A DNA stretch of 63,919 nucleotides, filler included, from Rhabdomonas costata (GCA_019059605.1; 42 parts of 42 records of this genome joined end to end with filler, not necessarily neighbours in it), one strand, 5' to 3'; positions 48,601-61,867 are shown, counted from the first letter of the whole stretch. Program-made: numbers and translations. The notes: generated from the sequence alone by a model not told the origin.

Positions 48601-51126
48601 CTGCAACCAACCACACCCACGCCCACCTCAAAACACACCCTCCCTGACACCCCGAACCCACACTCACACTTCGAGACACAAANNNNNNNNNNNNNNNNNN
48701 NNNNNNNNNNNNNNNNNNNNNNNNNNTTAATTAATTAANNNNNNNNNNNNNNNNNNNNNNNNNNNNNNNNNNNNNNNNNNNNGGTTTTTTGTTTTTTGGG
48801 GGGGGGGTGCTCGCTGTTTTCATCCCAGGCGAGGAACTACGCTTTGGGCGAAGGCTTTCCAGAGGCTTGCCAGGCGCTGTCTGGAGCCGCCAGGCATAGG
48901 CCGGGGAACCTCTCGGACATAAACTGGGAGGCAGGGCAGCGCGGAGGTGTCTGGGAAGAAGGAATCGAAGGGTAACCCCACGGGAGGGAAGGCCTGTGGA
49001 GCGCGCAGCGCTTGACGGGAAGATTCCAGTGTAGGTGGGGGAGGCGAGGAAACGAGTTGAAGAGGGTTTGGGCGGAACCTGGTGTACGGCCCAGAGTGAG
49101 GTGAGGCAGAAGCCATTCTTTGAGATGACTTAGACGAAAATCAAGTGGGAGAAGAAACTAACAACCTGCGAAGAACGCAGAAAACACACTAACATGACGA
49201 TGCGCGTGCTTTGAGAATTGCGACAACACAAAAGGACAACAGTCTCCATGACATACAACCCGGCTCGATGCTTTTGCACCGTCCCGAGCATCTTTCAGGA
49301 CCAAGCAGGATCAGAATGACATATCAAGCTCCATGTGTTCTTGGCGAGCACAACGTCAAGTCCGTTGCTATGCATGAACAGAAGCCGACAGGGTCATAAG
49401 AGTGCGACGGATCCACATCGTTTCGCAAAGACGCGTACGCATAGCCAGCTGGAGCTGTTCAGTTGGGTGGAACTCCAGGGTGGGTTCAAAGATGCCTTGA
49501 TAAAGCCTTTCTGAATAAAAGGACCTGGCCACTTCGACTTCCAGCCACTTCTCATGAGAATCAAAGCTCGTTTTCTACCATAATGTTGACCCAGAATATT
49601 ATGTATTTCCTTTAGAGTCTTCCTAATTTCCGAAGGAAATAATCTGACACGTCAGGTTAGGATTCAACAGCGGCGTCCTTCCTTGAGACAAGAGGATGCC
49701 AAGAAATCAACTTACTGACAAACCAATGTCAACTGAAGAAAATGGAAACGGAAGAGAGGGTGTGCGTCAGGAGAGAAGGCCAAAACAACCAATAAAAGTG
49801 TAAAGTGTACTAAAACAAAAACAAGGCACAGGTACAGGAATGAAAGCATGAAAAGGGCAAGAAAGACACACGGGCAAGAAAAAAAACACGAAGCTCAGAC
49901 AACAATGATGGACCGAAGGATACTGTTTCTGAACTCCCCTATTCAAAAATATAAGCCAGTGGTGGTGCGCCCGAAAAAAAAAGTGATGAGCACAAGCCTG
50001 AGCGCACGCTCCAGAAAGGGAAGTGATGACCATGAAGGGGAGTGAAAGCCACCTCACACGGGACCACTCGAAAGAATGGTGCCAGAAGGAGCAGCATTCG
50101 AGTGTCTGTGTATGAGCCGTGAAGCCGGACAGGGGGACAGGCGCAACAGGGGGAAACCAGCAAAAAAAAAAAGAGGCAACCTTCACCCCTTCAGCCCCCA
50201 CCCACANNNNNNNNNNNNNNNNNNNNNNNNNNNNNNNNNNNNNNNNNNNNTTAATTAATTAANNNNNNNNNNNNNNNNNNNNNNNNNNNNNNNNNNNNNN
50301 NNNNNNGGGTTGGGGGACAATGTGCGCCTTGACCTGGGACGGAAGAGGCGTTTTGCGACTGTGGTGCAGGTTTGACCCAGCGCAACCAGGACACTGGAGG
50401 AGAGAGTTTGAGCCCATGCAAATCGGATGAAAAAATGGATCAACGCCGTGAAGAAAAATACTGCAGCGTCAAGTAGCTGATCCATTGATCCATTGTTTGT
50501 TCTGATCCATCATAAATGCCACGGCACCCTTCCGCAAACAGTGCTCTCAACACACTGAGACACTCCCCCCAAACAGCCAAGCAAGCATGCCTAGGGTCTG
50601 CACTACGGAGAACAGCCACTGCACCACAGCGCCGTCCTCCGCGGTGAAGACTTGCTGGCCCTCTGCTTGCGACCGCTCCTCCAGGGAGGGCTCCCCAGAG
50701 GCAGGGCGCTGCAGCAGCTCCAGGAAGTGCTGCAGCAGCCGCGCCGCCGCTGGCATAAGATCCACAGTGCAGCTTTGCTGTGTGTGCAGCGTACATGTGT
50801 GTGGGTGAGCATGTGCGTCACATAGCTGTTTGATGTCCTTTTCCGTGCTAAAAAAAGACAGAGGGATGTCGCCAAGGACATCAGGATATTCTTTTTACTT
50901 CGCCCAGCAAGGAAAGGAAATACACACAGCTTGCCATGTTTTCCAACCAAGCCGAAGCTTCACAGGGAAGGAACCTCAAGACAGAAACCGGTTGAGAGAA
51001 CACATTTTTGCATTCTAAGTTGTACTCCAACCCTGGTTTTTCGACCATTAATACCACCCGCATGTGGTCTTTGCTGCGAACAAAGCATTTCCAATGGTTT
51101 TTCTCAACCCTACTGTGTGTTACTAA

Positions 51127-51163
<37 letters not shown>

Positions 51164-52073
51164 CGAGAGGATCACTTTTCCTCTTAAAGGCAAAAGAGTG
51201 TTCACTTTTTGTCCCAAAACCCTTGAATCAGAGAGTATGTGAAATCCCGGTGTCCCCGGAGCGAAGCGTGCATTGGCGGAGATGAGGGATGTCAGAAACA
51301 CCCTCTGAGGACACCTTGAGGAGGGGCAGGATGTTGGCCAGCCCACAGACGTAGTTCGGGTAAAGGCAGGCCAGGTGGTCCACTAGCCAGGACAGCGCCT
51401 TCTTCTTCTGACTCTTGTGGCTCTGCGCCAGGCTTGTCCTTGAAGCATGAGTGAGAGGGGTGATTCAATGGAGTGATCAAATAAATGGGGCCACCAAGTC
51501 CAATTCTTCACTTAGCAGACCTCATATTTGGGATGGTCATTTGAATGGTCGCTCTGCGGGATTTTCCAGCATCCACTTGTTGCAACAATAGCATTGATGC
51601 CTTTCCACCGGGTGTTGCACGGGTGAAATTCCATTTTCAGTTTTCGCGCGCGCCGCCTTTGCGCTTCTGGGTTTCTGACCCGAAGTGCATATCAATTTTT
51701 TTGAGGTCTAGCACCCTCTCAAACCCACCCNNNNNNNNNNNNNNNNNNNNNNNNNNNNNNNNNNNNNNNNNNNNTTAATTAATTAANNNNNNNNNNNNNN
51801 NNNNNNNNNNNNNNNNNNNNNNNNNNNNNNGGGGTTGTGGTGGATGCGAAGGCGCAGAAAAGAAAACAACTCTTTTTCTTCTTATTCACCCAACGTTTGC
51901 GCTGCTGTGATGAAACGTTCAGTCATTTTCCAACACTCAATTGTAACTTAAGCGACATAAATTCAAGTGTTTTGGAAAAGTTAATGAAACTTGTTTCCAT
52001 ACTTAAACTTAGAGCACAAAGCCTGTTCGGGTGCACAGACACCACAAGGTTGAAGGAAACTAGTAACAGCCAC

Positions 52074-52490
52074 CTCAGCGAGTTTCTCTCCCGCATAGTG
52101 CAACGCGGTCTTGTAGTCCTTGTCCGTCGCATTAACGTCAGCGTTGAGATCCAGTAGTTGCTGAGCAAGCTGGGCCTGACCCTTGTGAATGGAATACATG
52201 AGTGGGGTCTTGCTCTCCTTGTCATTCGTATTCACCTCGGATTTCATCTCAATGAGCTTCTGAGCCAGCTCGCGCAGCCCCTTCTCCAGGGCACTGGCCA
52301 GCAAGGTCTTGCCTTCCTCCTCCTTCATAGTGAGGTCCACGGGCTCCTCCAGCAAAATCTTCAGGGCTTGGACCTCCTCGCCAGTTTTCACTAGCCCGTG
52401 CAGCACCTTGGCGTTGTCCGTCGGTCGGGTGCGCTCCTTCTCCGCGGCGGCAAGGGCCTCTGCCTCAGTGACCTCGACCAGCTCAAAGAC
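52074..52490 (-). CDS. Ankyrin-repeat protein exon
   Basis: GKTLLASALEKG...VNTNDKESKTPLMYSIHKG...LLDLNADVNATDKDYKTALHYA; 139-codon AG/GT-bounded exon. Confidence 0.95.
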
Positions 52491-53544
52491 CTAACCCCAT
52501 CAACCCACACTCTGTGCCATTGCGCTCTGATCCTTTCCTTTGTTGATGGGAAAATAACCAAACAAAAAACTAAACTGCAGGCGATGGTTCGTCAGACTTC
52601 GTGTATGTTGTTCGGAATGCAAAACTTATTCACACACACTGTGTTGTTGTGAAGGAAGAACACTGGTACGGATACTGTCAGGCACCGAGGTCGGCCCGAA
52701 TCCATATCATGGTCTAACACGCTGGTCTCGCTTAGGCGTTAGGATGAAGGGAACCCTGCCCACTCCCCAACCAGGACTTCCCCTGTGGAACAAGGGGGCC
52801 AGCAGGTGCCTCGTTGGGGACATAAGTTGCCTGGAGCAGTTGCGAGACTTAAGGCTTAAGATGATGACTGAGAACTGTCCGTCTATCACACAAAAAAGCT
52901 TATTCACACACACACACACAGAAAGTGCGCAAACAAGTGACTCCGAATCAGCGCGTGCACACCAGCTTGCTATCGTTTCACAAGGAAAGAAATGCCAAAG
53001 CAGAGCCCCAGCACTGCCGCCGTGGTGGTATACCAAAATAAATGAGAGGTCATCGCCGTGGCCCTCAAAAGCTTCCGAGAAAACACGATGATAATGATGA
53101 TGACGCGCGCTGCTCGCTTGCCCACCTTGGGTCCATCCATGATAGAAGATCTCACCATGAGTTGCATGAGTGGCCGTAGAAGCAGAGCGAAAATGATACC
53201 ATCAATCGAACCTACCATACAACTGAAGGAACAGGCACACAATAAAAACCAACANNNNNNNNNNNNNNNNNNNNNNNNNNNNNNNNNNNNNNNNNNNNTT
53301 AATTAATTAANNNNNNNNNNNNNNNNNNNNNNNNNNNNNNNNNNNNNNNNNNNNCGGCCTTCCTCATCACAAAAACACAACATAGACCCCCTTCTTTCTG
53401 CCAACGGGCCCTGCTGCACCGGTAAAATGGCGGAAGGTGCCGTGTTCCCACTCGTCAGGCTCGCTCACCGTGAAGAAAGCCGGTCCTCTTCCTGAACGGC
53501 CACCTGTCAATTCCAAAAAGAAAGTCCAGAAAACAGGCGCGTAC

Positions 53545-54653
53545 CCAGGCAGACGTAGGCGTGCAGAGGCACCCACTCCTCCGTCCCGCCCACGATGTAG
53601 AAATCCCACAGCCTCAGCACACACTCCAGTGGGAGCTGCTTGCTCAGAAGGAAGGCAAGCCTGCCAAGGCATGGGGGAGAGAGACGAGGCGACAGGTATC
53701 TCTCCAAACCTCACAACTGAGGAACGGCTTTGCAGGCTCACCCCTTCCCATCCTCATCAGGTCAAAATCAACAGCCCCGTTTGCTGAGGAGCAGCTTTCC
53801 TGTTCCCTCCTCCCTCCAACTTCCGGAGCCCGCTACCACTACCACTCCAATCCTCTCTTCTTCGAGGTTCGTCGAGTACGTGGCAGCCACAGTCATGTGA
53901 GAACATGTGCGCGAGTGGGAGGGGCAGACCATTCCATGAGCCACTGGTTGGGCTCCACCCCCTCGTCGTCCAGGTGGGCGTGTAGGTCCTGTAAGACGTG
54001 GGCCATCAGCATTAGGAAGGTCCCCATCGTGCGGCGAAGGCCCGCAACAGTTAGCAGACTCCCTGGACACCCAACCACACACGTGCACATGCACTAGGAC
54101 CACAAGCTCTCGTTAGAAATTCCACGTGCCCTAATTTGAGGAATAGCCACAGGAACCCATGCTGCCAGGAACCGTTTTCCTCTCCGCCAAACATCAATTC
54201 GTTTGTCACAGCCAATGATCAGGGATTGGGTCGCCATCAGCCCAGGGCTTATCTTTTACTACAACCCAATGCAATTCCATCACATCAGCACATCGCTCGT
54301 CCATCCCAAGTTTCGGTGTAATTGTAATCAACTTCCGTTTGCGAAGCTGGAGAACAACAAGACCAAAGACCAGAGCTGCAAGTCAAAAGAGGTGGCTGGG
54401 ATGCCTGAAAAAACCTCCCAAAATGCATACACAAGACATAAGCAAACCGTGAGCAATGTGGCCGAGTTTTCCGAGAAAGCATGACCCTACCACACTGCAC
54501 ACCATTGAGTGTTACAAAGGCGCAGAAGCAGTAGTACATGTCCTCCTCGCGCTCGACAAGCGTAAAGGGGTGCAGGAGGTGGGGCAGCGCGGTGAGGAAG
54601 AAGCCGTGCTCCATCTTCCCCGTGCTCAGGTATAGCCGCAACACACGCTCCAC
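53545..54653 (-). CDS. TBC (Rab-GAP) domain protein, three or more exons
   Basis: EEDMYYCFCAF | LQDLHAHLDDEGVEPNQWLMEW | LAFLLSKQLPLECVLRLWDFY...LHAYVCL. Confidence 0.88.
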
Positions 54654-54891
54654 CTGCCGAGCGAGTGCGACTGCAGCTCCAACGCTTCAGCTTTGGGGAG
54701 AGGGGGCACGGGGCCTCTTTTTGGGTGGGTGGGTATTACACGTTTAGCGACGATGGCCTTCGCACCTAAAAAAAGAGTNNNNNNNNNNNNNNNNNNNNNN
54801 NNNNNNNNNNNNNNNNNNNNNNTTAATTAATTAANNNNNNNNNNNNNNNNNNNNNNNNNNNNNNNNNNNNNNNNNNNNTTGTGGTGTGCAG

Positions 54892-56163
54892 GTTCTGTCG
54901 GAATGATCAGCGTGGGTCCGGCCACCATGCTGGCCAGTGGAGGTCCAGAGAGTGCCCCACTGAGCTTCTTCCTGGACTGCCCCGCCAGCGGGGCGGACGT
55001 CCTGCTGGCCCCGGTGGCGCCCGCTGGGCTGCAGTTCCGGCCCGCCACGGTGAGGGTGCCCGTGGGGCAGACTAAGTCCGGGACATTCACAGTGAAGGTG
55101 TACCTCGTTTGTGTTGTACGGGGTGTGGAGAAGAATTAGTCGCGTGAATGTTTTCTTGCATAGTACGTATGGTTGCAATTGGGCTTGCCAGTTGGGAACA
55201 GCTTGCCGTTGGAAATAGGTCCTTTGGGAGGCTGTTTGAGAGGCAGGTCTCTGGGACACATTCCGAGAAGCAATTTGGACCATTCGTGAATATATCACGT
55301 ATCGGCTGTCTCCACGCTTTGTGTTGCTAACGAAAATACGGGCTTGATTTTTCGAATGTCGTTTTCTGCACGAAGGCCTCCGCTGGCGCCCCTCTGGGGG
55401 CCCTATTCTTGCCTGTGGTAGCCTCTGCGACCCCCGGAAACACCAATGACCTGGGAATGCGCACCTTCCCTGCCATTGGGCTCACTGTGACCAAGCCGTT
55501 CACCGATAGTACGCCTCATCCCCCCCCCCCCCCCCCCCACACACACATACCGCGCCGTCGCCCAGTGAGTTATACAGGGCATGGGTTTGGAGTGAAATAG
55601 TTCTGGTACACCCTTGGTGCTACTAGTCCGACCTTGGCTTGTATGGTTTTCCCGCTGCACATTGTTCACATGTGGTCATGAATTAAGGGGACTCGGCTCT
55701 CGACATGGGTCCGCATCCTCTAACGGACACTTTCTGTGCTTTTTCATTTCTCCCTGAAGCTTTCCCGTGCCACCACTTGTCGTGGCATCGGCACCGATGG
55801 CAGATGTCGGAGAGCTTCAGTGCAAGTTTCTGTTTCTGTAACCCTTTTTGTTTGTGGGGGTCTGAACCCGATTAAGACGCCCAGCCCTTGCAATGCCCGC
55901 CGCCGCCAAGATGTTGTGATGTTGTGATGGTTTGTGATGGTTTGTGATGGTTGCATCAGCGATTGCTATTGCATCGATCTCCGCTTTCCCTTTGTTGTGT
56001 AGCCACGGTCCGATCGGTGGGTTTGAGCCCTGCCGTGGTCAGCGTGCCCCTGGGCGGGACTTCTGCGGAGCTGCGGTTTACCCTCTCCGGCGCCACCCCG
56101 AGCGAGGAGCTCCTAGTGATCCCCGCGGTCACGGGGGTGAAGTTCACCCCTGCCACTGTGAAG
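54892..56163 (+). CDS. Protein with repeated beta-rich (Ig-like) modules; exons 54892..55097 and 56003..56163
   Basis: Two mutually similar exons: S(A)PLSFFLD.PA..DVLLAP...GLQFRPATV and SAELRFTLS..TPSEELLVIP..GVKFTPATV. Confidence 0.55.
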
Positions 56164-56854
56164 GTAATGTCTGCGCCTGCCCCAGTTGACAACTTTTTAC
56201 AACCGTTTTAAAAAAGACACCTAATGATGAGAGAAAAGAGTGAAGATGCAAAACAGATGAGGTTGAGGATAGAAGATTATGGAGAAGGAGCACACAAACA
56301 ANNNNNNNNNNNNNNNNNNNNNNNNNNNNNNNNNNNNNNNNNNNNTTAATTAATTAANNNNNNNNNNNNNNNNNNNNNNNNNNNNNNNNNNNNNNNNNNN
56401 NGTTGTGGGTGTTGTATGTCATGGCAAGATTGTGGAGGTGGGTGAGGTGTGCGCATTTTTGCTTCTTCCTACCTAACCAAGCTTCAGGCTTGCGTGGACG
56501 GCGAGCTTTCCGGCCGAGTGCGGTATCGATTTAATGGCCATCGGACTCTTCTTTGGGCTTCGGGCGTTCCACTGCTTTCTTGATTGCCTTCATCTCGTGT
56601 GGCAAGTATTAATCCTGATCTTCGAGTTGTGGAGCAACAAGTTCTGCGGACCTCGTACGACTCGTTGGTGGCGGACATCTCTCTGGAAAGTGAAGTACAT
56701 TCAACTGCGAAGTGGACGCTGCATGGACTGCGTTGCCTCCAGGTAGTTGTGCGTCGGATTTCCTCCAACTCACCTGTGCCATAGCCAGTTCGCGTGCACC
56801 ATACCACACCTACGCCTCATCACGGGCGCCCGCTCTCCGTTGCACAGACGACCT

Positions 56855-57545
56855 GCTACACTACAGGAACTACAGGAAAATGGTCCTTAGTTCGAAAAAT
56901 TCGAAGGTAAGCTAGAATGGACTGGCTGGTTAGAGTGAGCGAAAGAAAATGCCAGCAAAAAGTCCCAGACCAAGTTGCCATACGCTACTCCAAGACGGCC
57001 TTTGGAGACGCGGGACGAGGCATCTTTGCTAACCTCATGGGACCAGTTCACAGACGTACTAAAGGCGCACTACTTAACAAAGCACTACCATTACCAACTC
57101 ATCTACTAGCTAACTCACAATGTCAAGATGTACAACGGAGATTACTCTGCCTACCAAGCTAAGTTCAAAACATAAGTGGATGCACTACAGGAACGCTTCC
57201 GTACACCCAACTTGATTTTTGATTTCATGCAAGGCATGTAGTCCTGGCTCACTCACAAAGTTGCCAACAAGAACCCCGTCACCATTGAAGGCGCTTACTA
57301 GATTGGATGGGAAATTTTCAGGGAGCCAAGACCAGCTCCCAGAGTCACATACGTGGGTCAGCCTACCGCCGCCCACCTTCAGTCTGCGTTCACATCAGTG
57401 AAACCACCAACTCTAATGCCTGCAGTCCAAGGTACTGGGCCAATTCCAATGGCCAATGGAGTTGGACGCCGTGAAGTTTTCCCCCTCTTCCAGCGGCCAT
57501 GGTCTGTTTTCCATGCAGCCACACGCCACCCATGGCCTTGGAGCC
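56855..57545 (+). mobile_element. Ty3/Gypsy LTR-retrotransposon gag pseudogene
   Basis: P*FEKFEG, DWL, LTSWDQFTDVLKAHY, YQAKF, FMQGM, KNPVTIEGAY, PMELDA and a degenerate CFPC knuckle; five in-frame stops and several frameshifts. Confidence 0.85.
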
Positions 57546-60181
57546 TGTTTGGCTCTCTCGAATGCTGCTTTTCCAACTAGAGGATCAACCCCAATGCCAA
57601 ACGTTGCAGTTGCAATCAGTTCACGACATTGGGACTAGCGCCCTTCCGAACAACTCTCCGTGAGTCCCAACAGTGGCCGTGATATAAGAAAGTCGCCGCA
57701 TGGGGAACGCGACAGAAGAGAGTCCCCTACCGCGGAAAAGATCGAGATGAGCGGAGCCCGCGCCTAGACGCGCGCGGATCACCACGAAACATTTACAAAC
57801 GATGCCCCTATCAGGACAAACACAANNNNNNNNNNNNNNNNNNNNNNNNNNNNNNNNNNNNNNNNNNNNTTAATTAATTAANNNNNNNNNNNNNNNNNNN
57901 NNNNNNNNNNNNNNNNNNNNNNNNNGGGGGTTTTGGCGTAGGAGCTGCGGAGGGTGTCCACCATCCGCCACGGAGGGATGGCCTCCTGCAGGGCGCGATA
58001 GCACTGCTCCAGGGGCCCCCGCACCACCTCCAGCTCGGCGAACTGCGCACGCACGCGCGGGAAGGCAGCCAAGACCGGGGAGGGCACACAGAGAGAATGG
58101 AACCGAAATGGTGTGAACTCTCAGCTGTAGAGAGGAGATGTGACTAGGAAGCACTTCGGCAGCAGCGGTGGTTGTAGAGAAGTAGAAGGGAACCCATTCC
58201 CCCCCCCTCCCAAAGGACAACAACGCTCCACTTCCAGGCAAAACCAGATTCGGGATAGGTGATGGCGGTGGTCGCGGTAGCGGGCTCTCAGATGAAGATC
58301 CGAGGCCAGCCCAGTGGTATGTTTGGAAAGGGTTAATCACCCACACATCATCCAAACACAACCACATTCACCTTGCGTTCCCGCAGTAGTAAATTATGTG
58401 GAGCTGCGGAGACCGGGGGGGGGGGCTGCGCAGGGAGGCAGTGCAAGCCTTACCAGCTCTTCGACGGTCCCAAGAAAGACGTACTGCAAGCTCTTCAAGA
58501 AGCTGCCGTAAGTGAGAGAGACGATGGTGGGCAAGGTTCAACAAGGTGGAAGCGTTCAAAAGCAAAAGATTCCACACTTCAAAAAGTTGTATGGCAGTGG
58601 GCTTGACCACAAGTTCTTGATCACAGGTTGCCTGCGTTCCTCAAAAAGGCAGCACAGAGGTTATTTTTTTTTAATTTGAAAGCAAAACTGGCCCAACCCG
58701 GTTTCTCAGTGGTCAGGTCAACCCCAAACGAAACGATGAGCCGCACCCCACTGCCGAGCTGCCAGGTATCTCATGAGGGGCGGGGAGTAGCAATCACCAA
58801 CTATGCGGTGGCTTTGCTCGGATGATCCCCATAAGCCCCAGGGTACCCACGAACCCTCTCACAAGACATCCTCTCATACATGGAGAAGACAAAATCTAAC
58901 TCTGTACACTTAGTAGAAAAAACAAAATGTGCGACCGTTTCTCGGGGATGGGAGGCGGGGACGAATTCCAAAAGTAAAGGTACAAAGGTACCCCCTCACA
59001 AACCTGGAGTACTCCTCGGTCTGCCTCCGGATGTTGAACCGCGACCGGAAGTCAAAGTCTGTGCGGAGATGAAAAAAGGTTCGCAGCAAGAAAGAGAGCA
59101 ACCCCTGTCAAGAACATTTCTCCCCGATCATTCGTTTAGCACAGCGACTGAACCAGACATTAACCGTGAAGACCCACAGCTGATAGAGCCACAAGAAGGG
59201 AACAAACACACATACACACTCACACGGACAAAAGTAACAAAATAATGAAAGGAGTGAACGAAGCTCACAGAAGAAGCAGAGAAAGGAGGACAAACTGGGA
59301 CGGTCGCAGCAGTAAGCGATGCTATCGAGAGGCAGAAACACAACAAAANNNNNNNNNNNNNNNNNNNNNNNNNNNNNNNNNNNNNNNNNNNNTTAATTAA
59401 TTAANNNNNNNNNNNNNNNNNNNNNNNNNNNNNNNNNNNNNNNNNNNNTGTGGTGGTGGCGGTTGCGGGTCTCCGCTCTTTCTAGTGGGCACGCTTCTCG
59501 CAAAGGAGGGGTTGTTCAGGGGCTGTGCGGTGGCTCGGTTCATCTCCATCACGGGAGCATCCTGGCCAGCATTCAAGCATCCGTGTTAGAATTCACCTGC
59601 ATTGGAGGTTTCTCGGGTATCTGTGGTTGTCCTGCAGTGGCTGCGGCAGCGGGTTGGGGGTCTGTTGCTGCCCATGCCTGGGCGGGCTCCTGGGGCGCTC
59701 GTTGCGGAGGTTGGCAGGGAGAAAGCTGAGCGCCGGTGCCCAGACTGAGGGTGGTTGCCAGTCTTCTCACCCACGTCACGACAATTGCATCAACGGAAGC
59801 ATAGAAAGCAACCCCATAGTTTTTCTGGGAAGAAGGAGCGTTCGTATTGCATCTCAGCACATTCGTTGTGATGTCAGCAAGTGGAGGTTGGCGGGGGGCT
59901 GCCCGTGGAGTTTCCCTGTCTCTGTGGCTTTTACCCCATTTACCCCCTTTCCGAACCGCTCTCGCAGGTTTTCAAAATGTCTTCACTGCGCTGTGTGCTT
60001 CGCTTTGTTGTCTTGGTGGAGTAGAACTCCTGCCAGCACCTCTTTCCCACCCTTACAACTGTCCGGCCTGTCGTGCTTTCTTGAGCTCCAGTTAGCCTCG
60101 CCAAACCGAACGTTCTGCTCTTGGGAGGAAAGAAGGCAAAGGGCAAATATAAAAGAGGGGAAAGACCGCAAAAGCAGAGCA

Positions 60182-60415
60182 ATGCGGCGCTCTTTGCTGA
60201 GGCTAACCCGCCGCACTCCGCTGCGGCTAAGCTGCCTCTCTGTGCCTCAGCGCGGGCAGCTCTCCAACGGAGCCACTGTACTGGCTCTTCCCGACGACAG
60301 CCAGACCTGCGCCATGGGCGTGTTCTCCCCCGCCGGGTCCCGGTTTGAGACTCCGCAGAAGTGGCAGGGCGTGTCCTGGCTGCTGCAGCGCCTGAATCTC
60401 AAGTCCAACGCAAAG
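60182..60415 (+). CDS. Mitochondrial processing peptidase alpha-like (M16) protein, first exon with targeting presequence
   Basis: Arg-rich acid-free N-terminus MRRSLLRLTRRTPLRL, then LSNGATV...MGVFSPAGSRFET...GVSWLLQRL, then a GT donor; no HxxEH. Confidence 0.85.
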
Positions 60416-61039
60416 GTGGGGGGGGGGGCAGGCGAGAAATTGTTCTCTCTCTTTCCACGTGGTGAAATTTGCACTAGCGGGGGACAGTTTCTGTCAAAAA
60501 TGGGTAGCTGCGTTTCTTCAGGCGGGAATTCCTGTGGCAATCCTTCCTTTCACACACACACGAGGCTGGTGTCCTTTCACAACTTTCACAAACACACAAA
60601 CACCGCCCAACCAGGCAAAACCCTGCGCGCAATGCGTCCAATACACACACCGCCCCCATCCTGGGTGTTATCCGGAAGTACTCGGAAGTACACAGTTGCA
60701 TCAAAATGGGCTCATTTTTCTGCAAAACTGAAACACGAAAGTTCCGGAAGGATGCCGGAAACACAAAAAACAGACGAGAAAAAAGGGCGAAAAACGCGAG
60801 TGAAAAATTCCAAAAAAAAAACATAAAGGGATGCCTGCTCTTTGAATGTGAGGCTCTTGTGAAGCCACCACCCNNNNNNNNNNNNNNNNNNNNNNNNNNN
60901 NNNNNNNNNNNNNNNNNTTAATTAATTAANNNNNNNNNNNNNNNNNNNNNNNNNNNNNNNNNNNNNNNNNNNNGGGTGTCGTGTTCGCTACCCGCAATCT
61001 GGTTTGGTTTTTGGTGGTGGTGGTGGTGGGGTGCCTCAG

Positions 61040-61867
61040 ATTTACCGCAGCGCTGTGAAGCCCCTGGAGTGGACCGTTCCGCGGCGCTCCCAGGACTGCT
61101 TCATCAAAATGATAACCGTGAAGTCCCAGAAGGAGCGCGTCGTAGGATTCCACATCGCCTCTCCGGTACACCGGCCTTGTCTTGCCCTTCCTCTGAGTTA
61201 AGTGTAATGCAGGACCTATTGCTTTGGCAGCCCTGCTGTTGCCGCGGCGCTTGCCTGCGATGATGCCGATTACCGTATGGAGCATGTGCACAGGTCTTCA
61301 AGGCTTTGGACACGTGAGGCCTGTTGTATATACAGAAGACCCCAGGCCTGCTTTGGCTTAGCGCTCTTAGATTGGACCTGCGTTGGTTTCTTTGGACACG
61401 CTTGTCAACCGAAACTCTGTCTTTTTGGTGTGAGATGCCTTCTCACAGGTCGCTGCGGAAATCACTCAGGCGGTTGCCGTGGCCATCCGCTGTGGGGCAA
61501 CAAAGAACGGTAATCGTCACCTTCAAACATACGCATACGCAAACGCACGCGCACTTCCTGGTGACCTGATAAAATTGATAACACATTACAATTGAGTCTC
61601 TGGAATTGGTTTCGGGACCTTGTGGATGGTCATTCCGTGCGCGAGTATTCGGCAAAAGCAAGCAATCGCAAGCACTTCACTTCACGGCGATTGTCTCTCT
61701 CTCTTGCCGTTGGTTGAACGTGAGTGTGCATTGCTTGTGGGTGGGGTCCAGACTTTGACTCCACCGTTGGGATCCACCCCAGCATTGCCGAGGAGATGAC
61801 CATGTTGACTCGCCCCGTGGGCTCTGCAGGGGGTGGGCCCAAGACTCGTGTGGGATGCTGAGGGTAA
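61040..61867 (+). CDS. TXNRD: High-Mr (animal-type) thioredoxin reductase selenoprotein, last three exons (61040..61165, 61449..61509, 61752..61867); TGA at 61859..61861 read as Sec
   Basis: Spliced: IYRSAVKPLEWTVP...CFIKMI...ERVVGFHIASP|VAAEITQAVAVAIRCGATKN|DFDSTVGIHPSIAEEMTML...VG-C-(TGA)-G-TAA, giving the GCUG terminus; SECIS downstream. Confidence 0.95.

Noticed and set aside
51127-51163. (ATACCC)6 resembling telomeric repeat
   Set aside because: Not CCCTAA; short and internal, so an ordinary microsatellite.
59525-60826. 433-aa ORF, the longest in the track
   Set aside because: Only 60182..60415 is credible coding sequence (MPP-alpha exon 1); the rest is upstream and intronic sequence that happens to be open.
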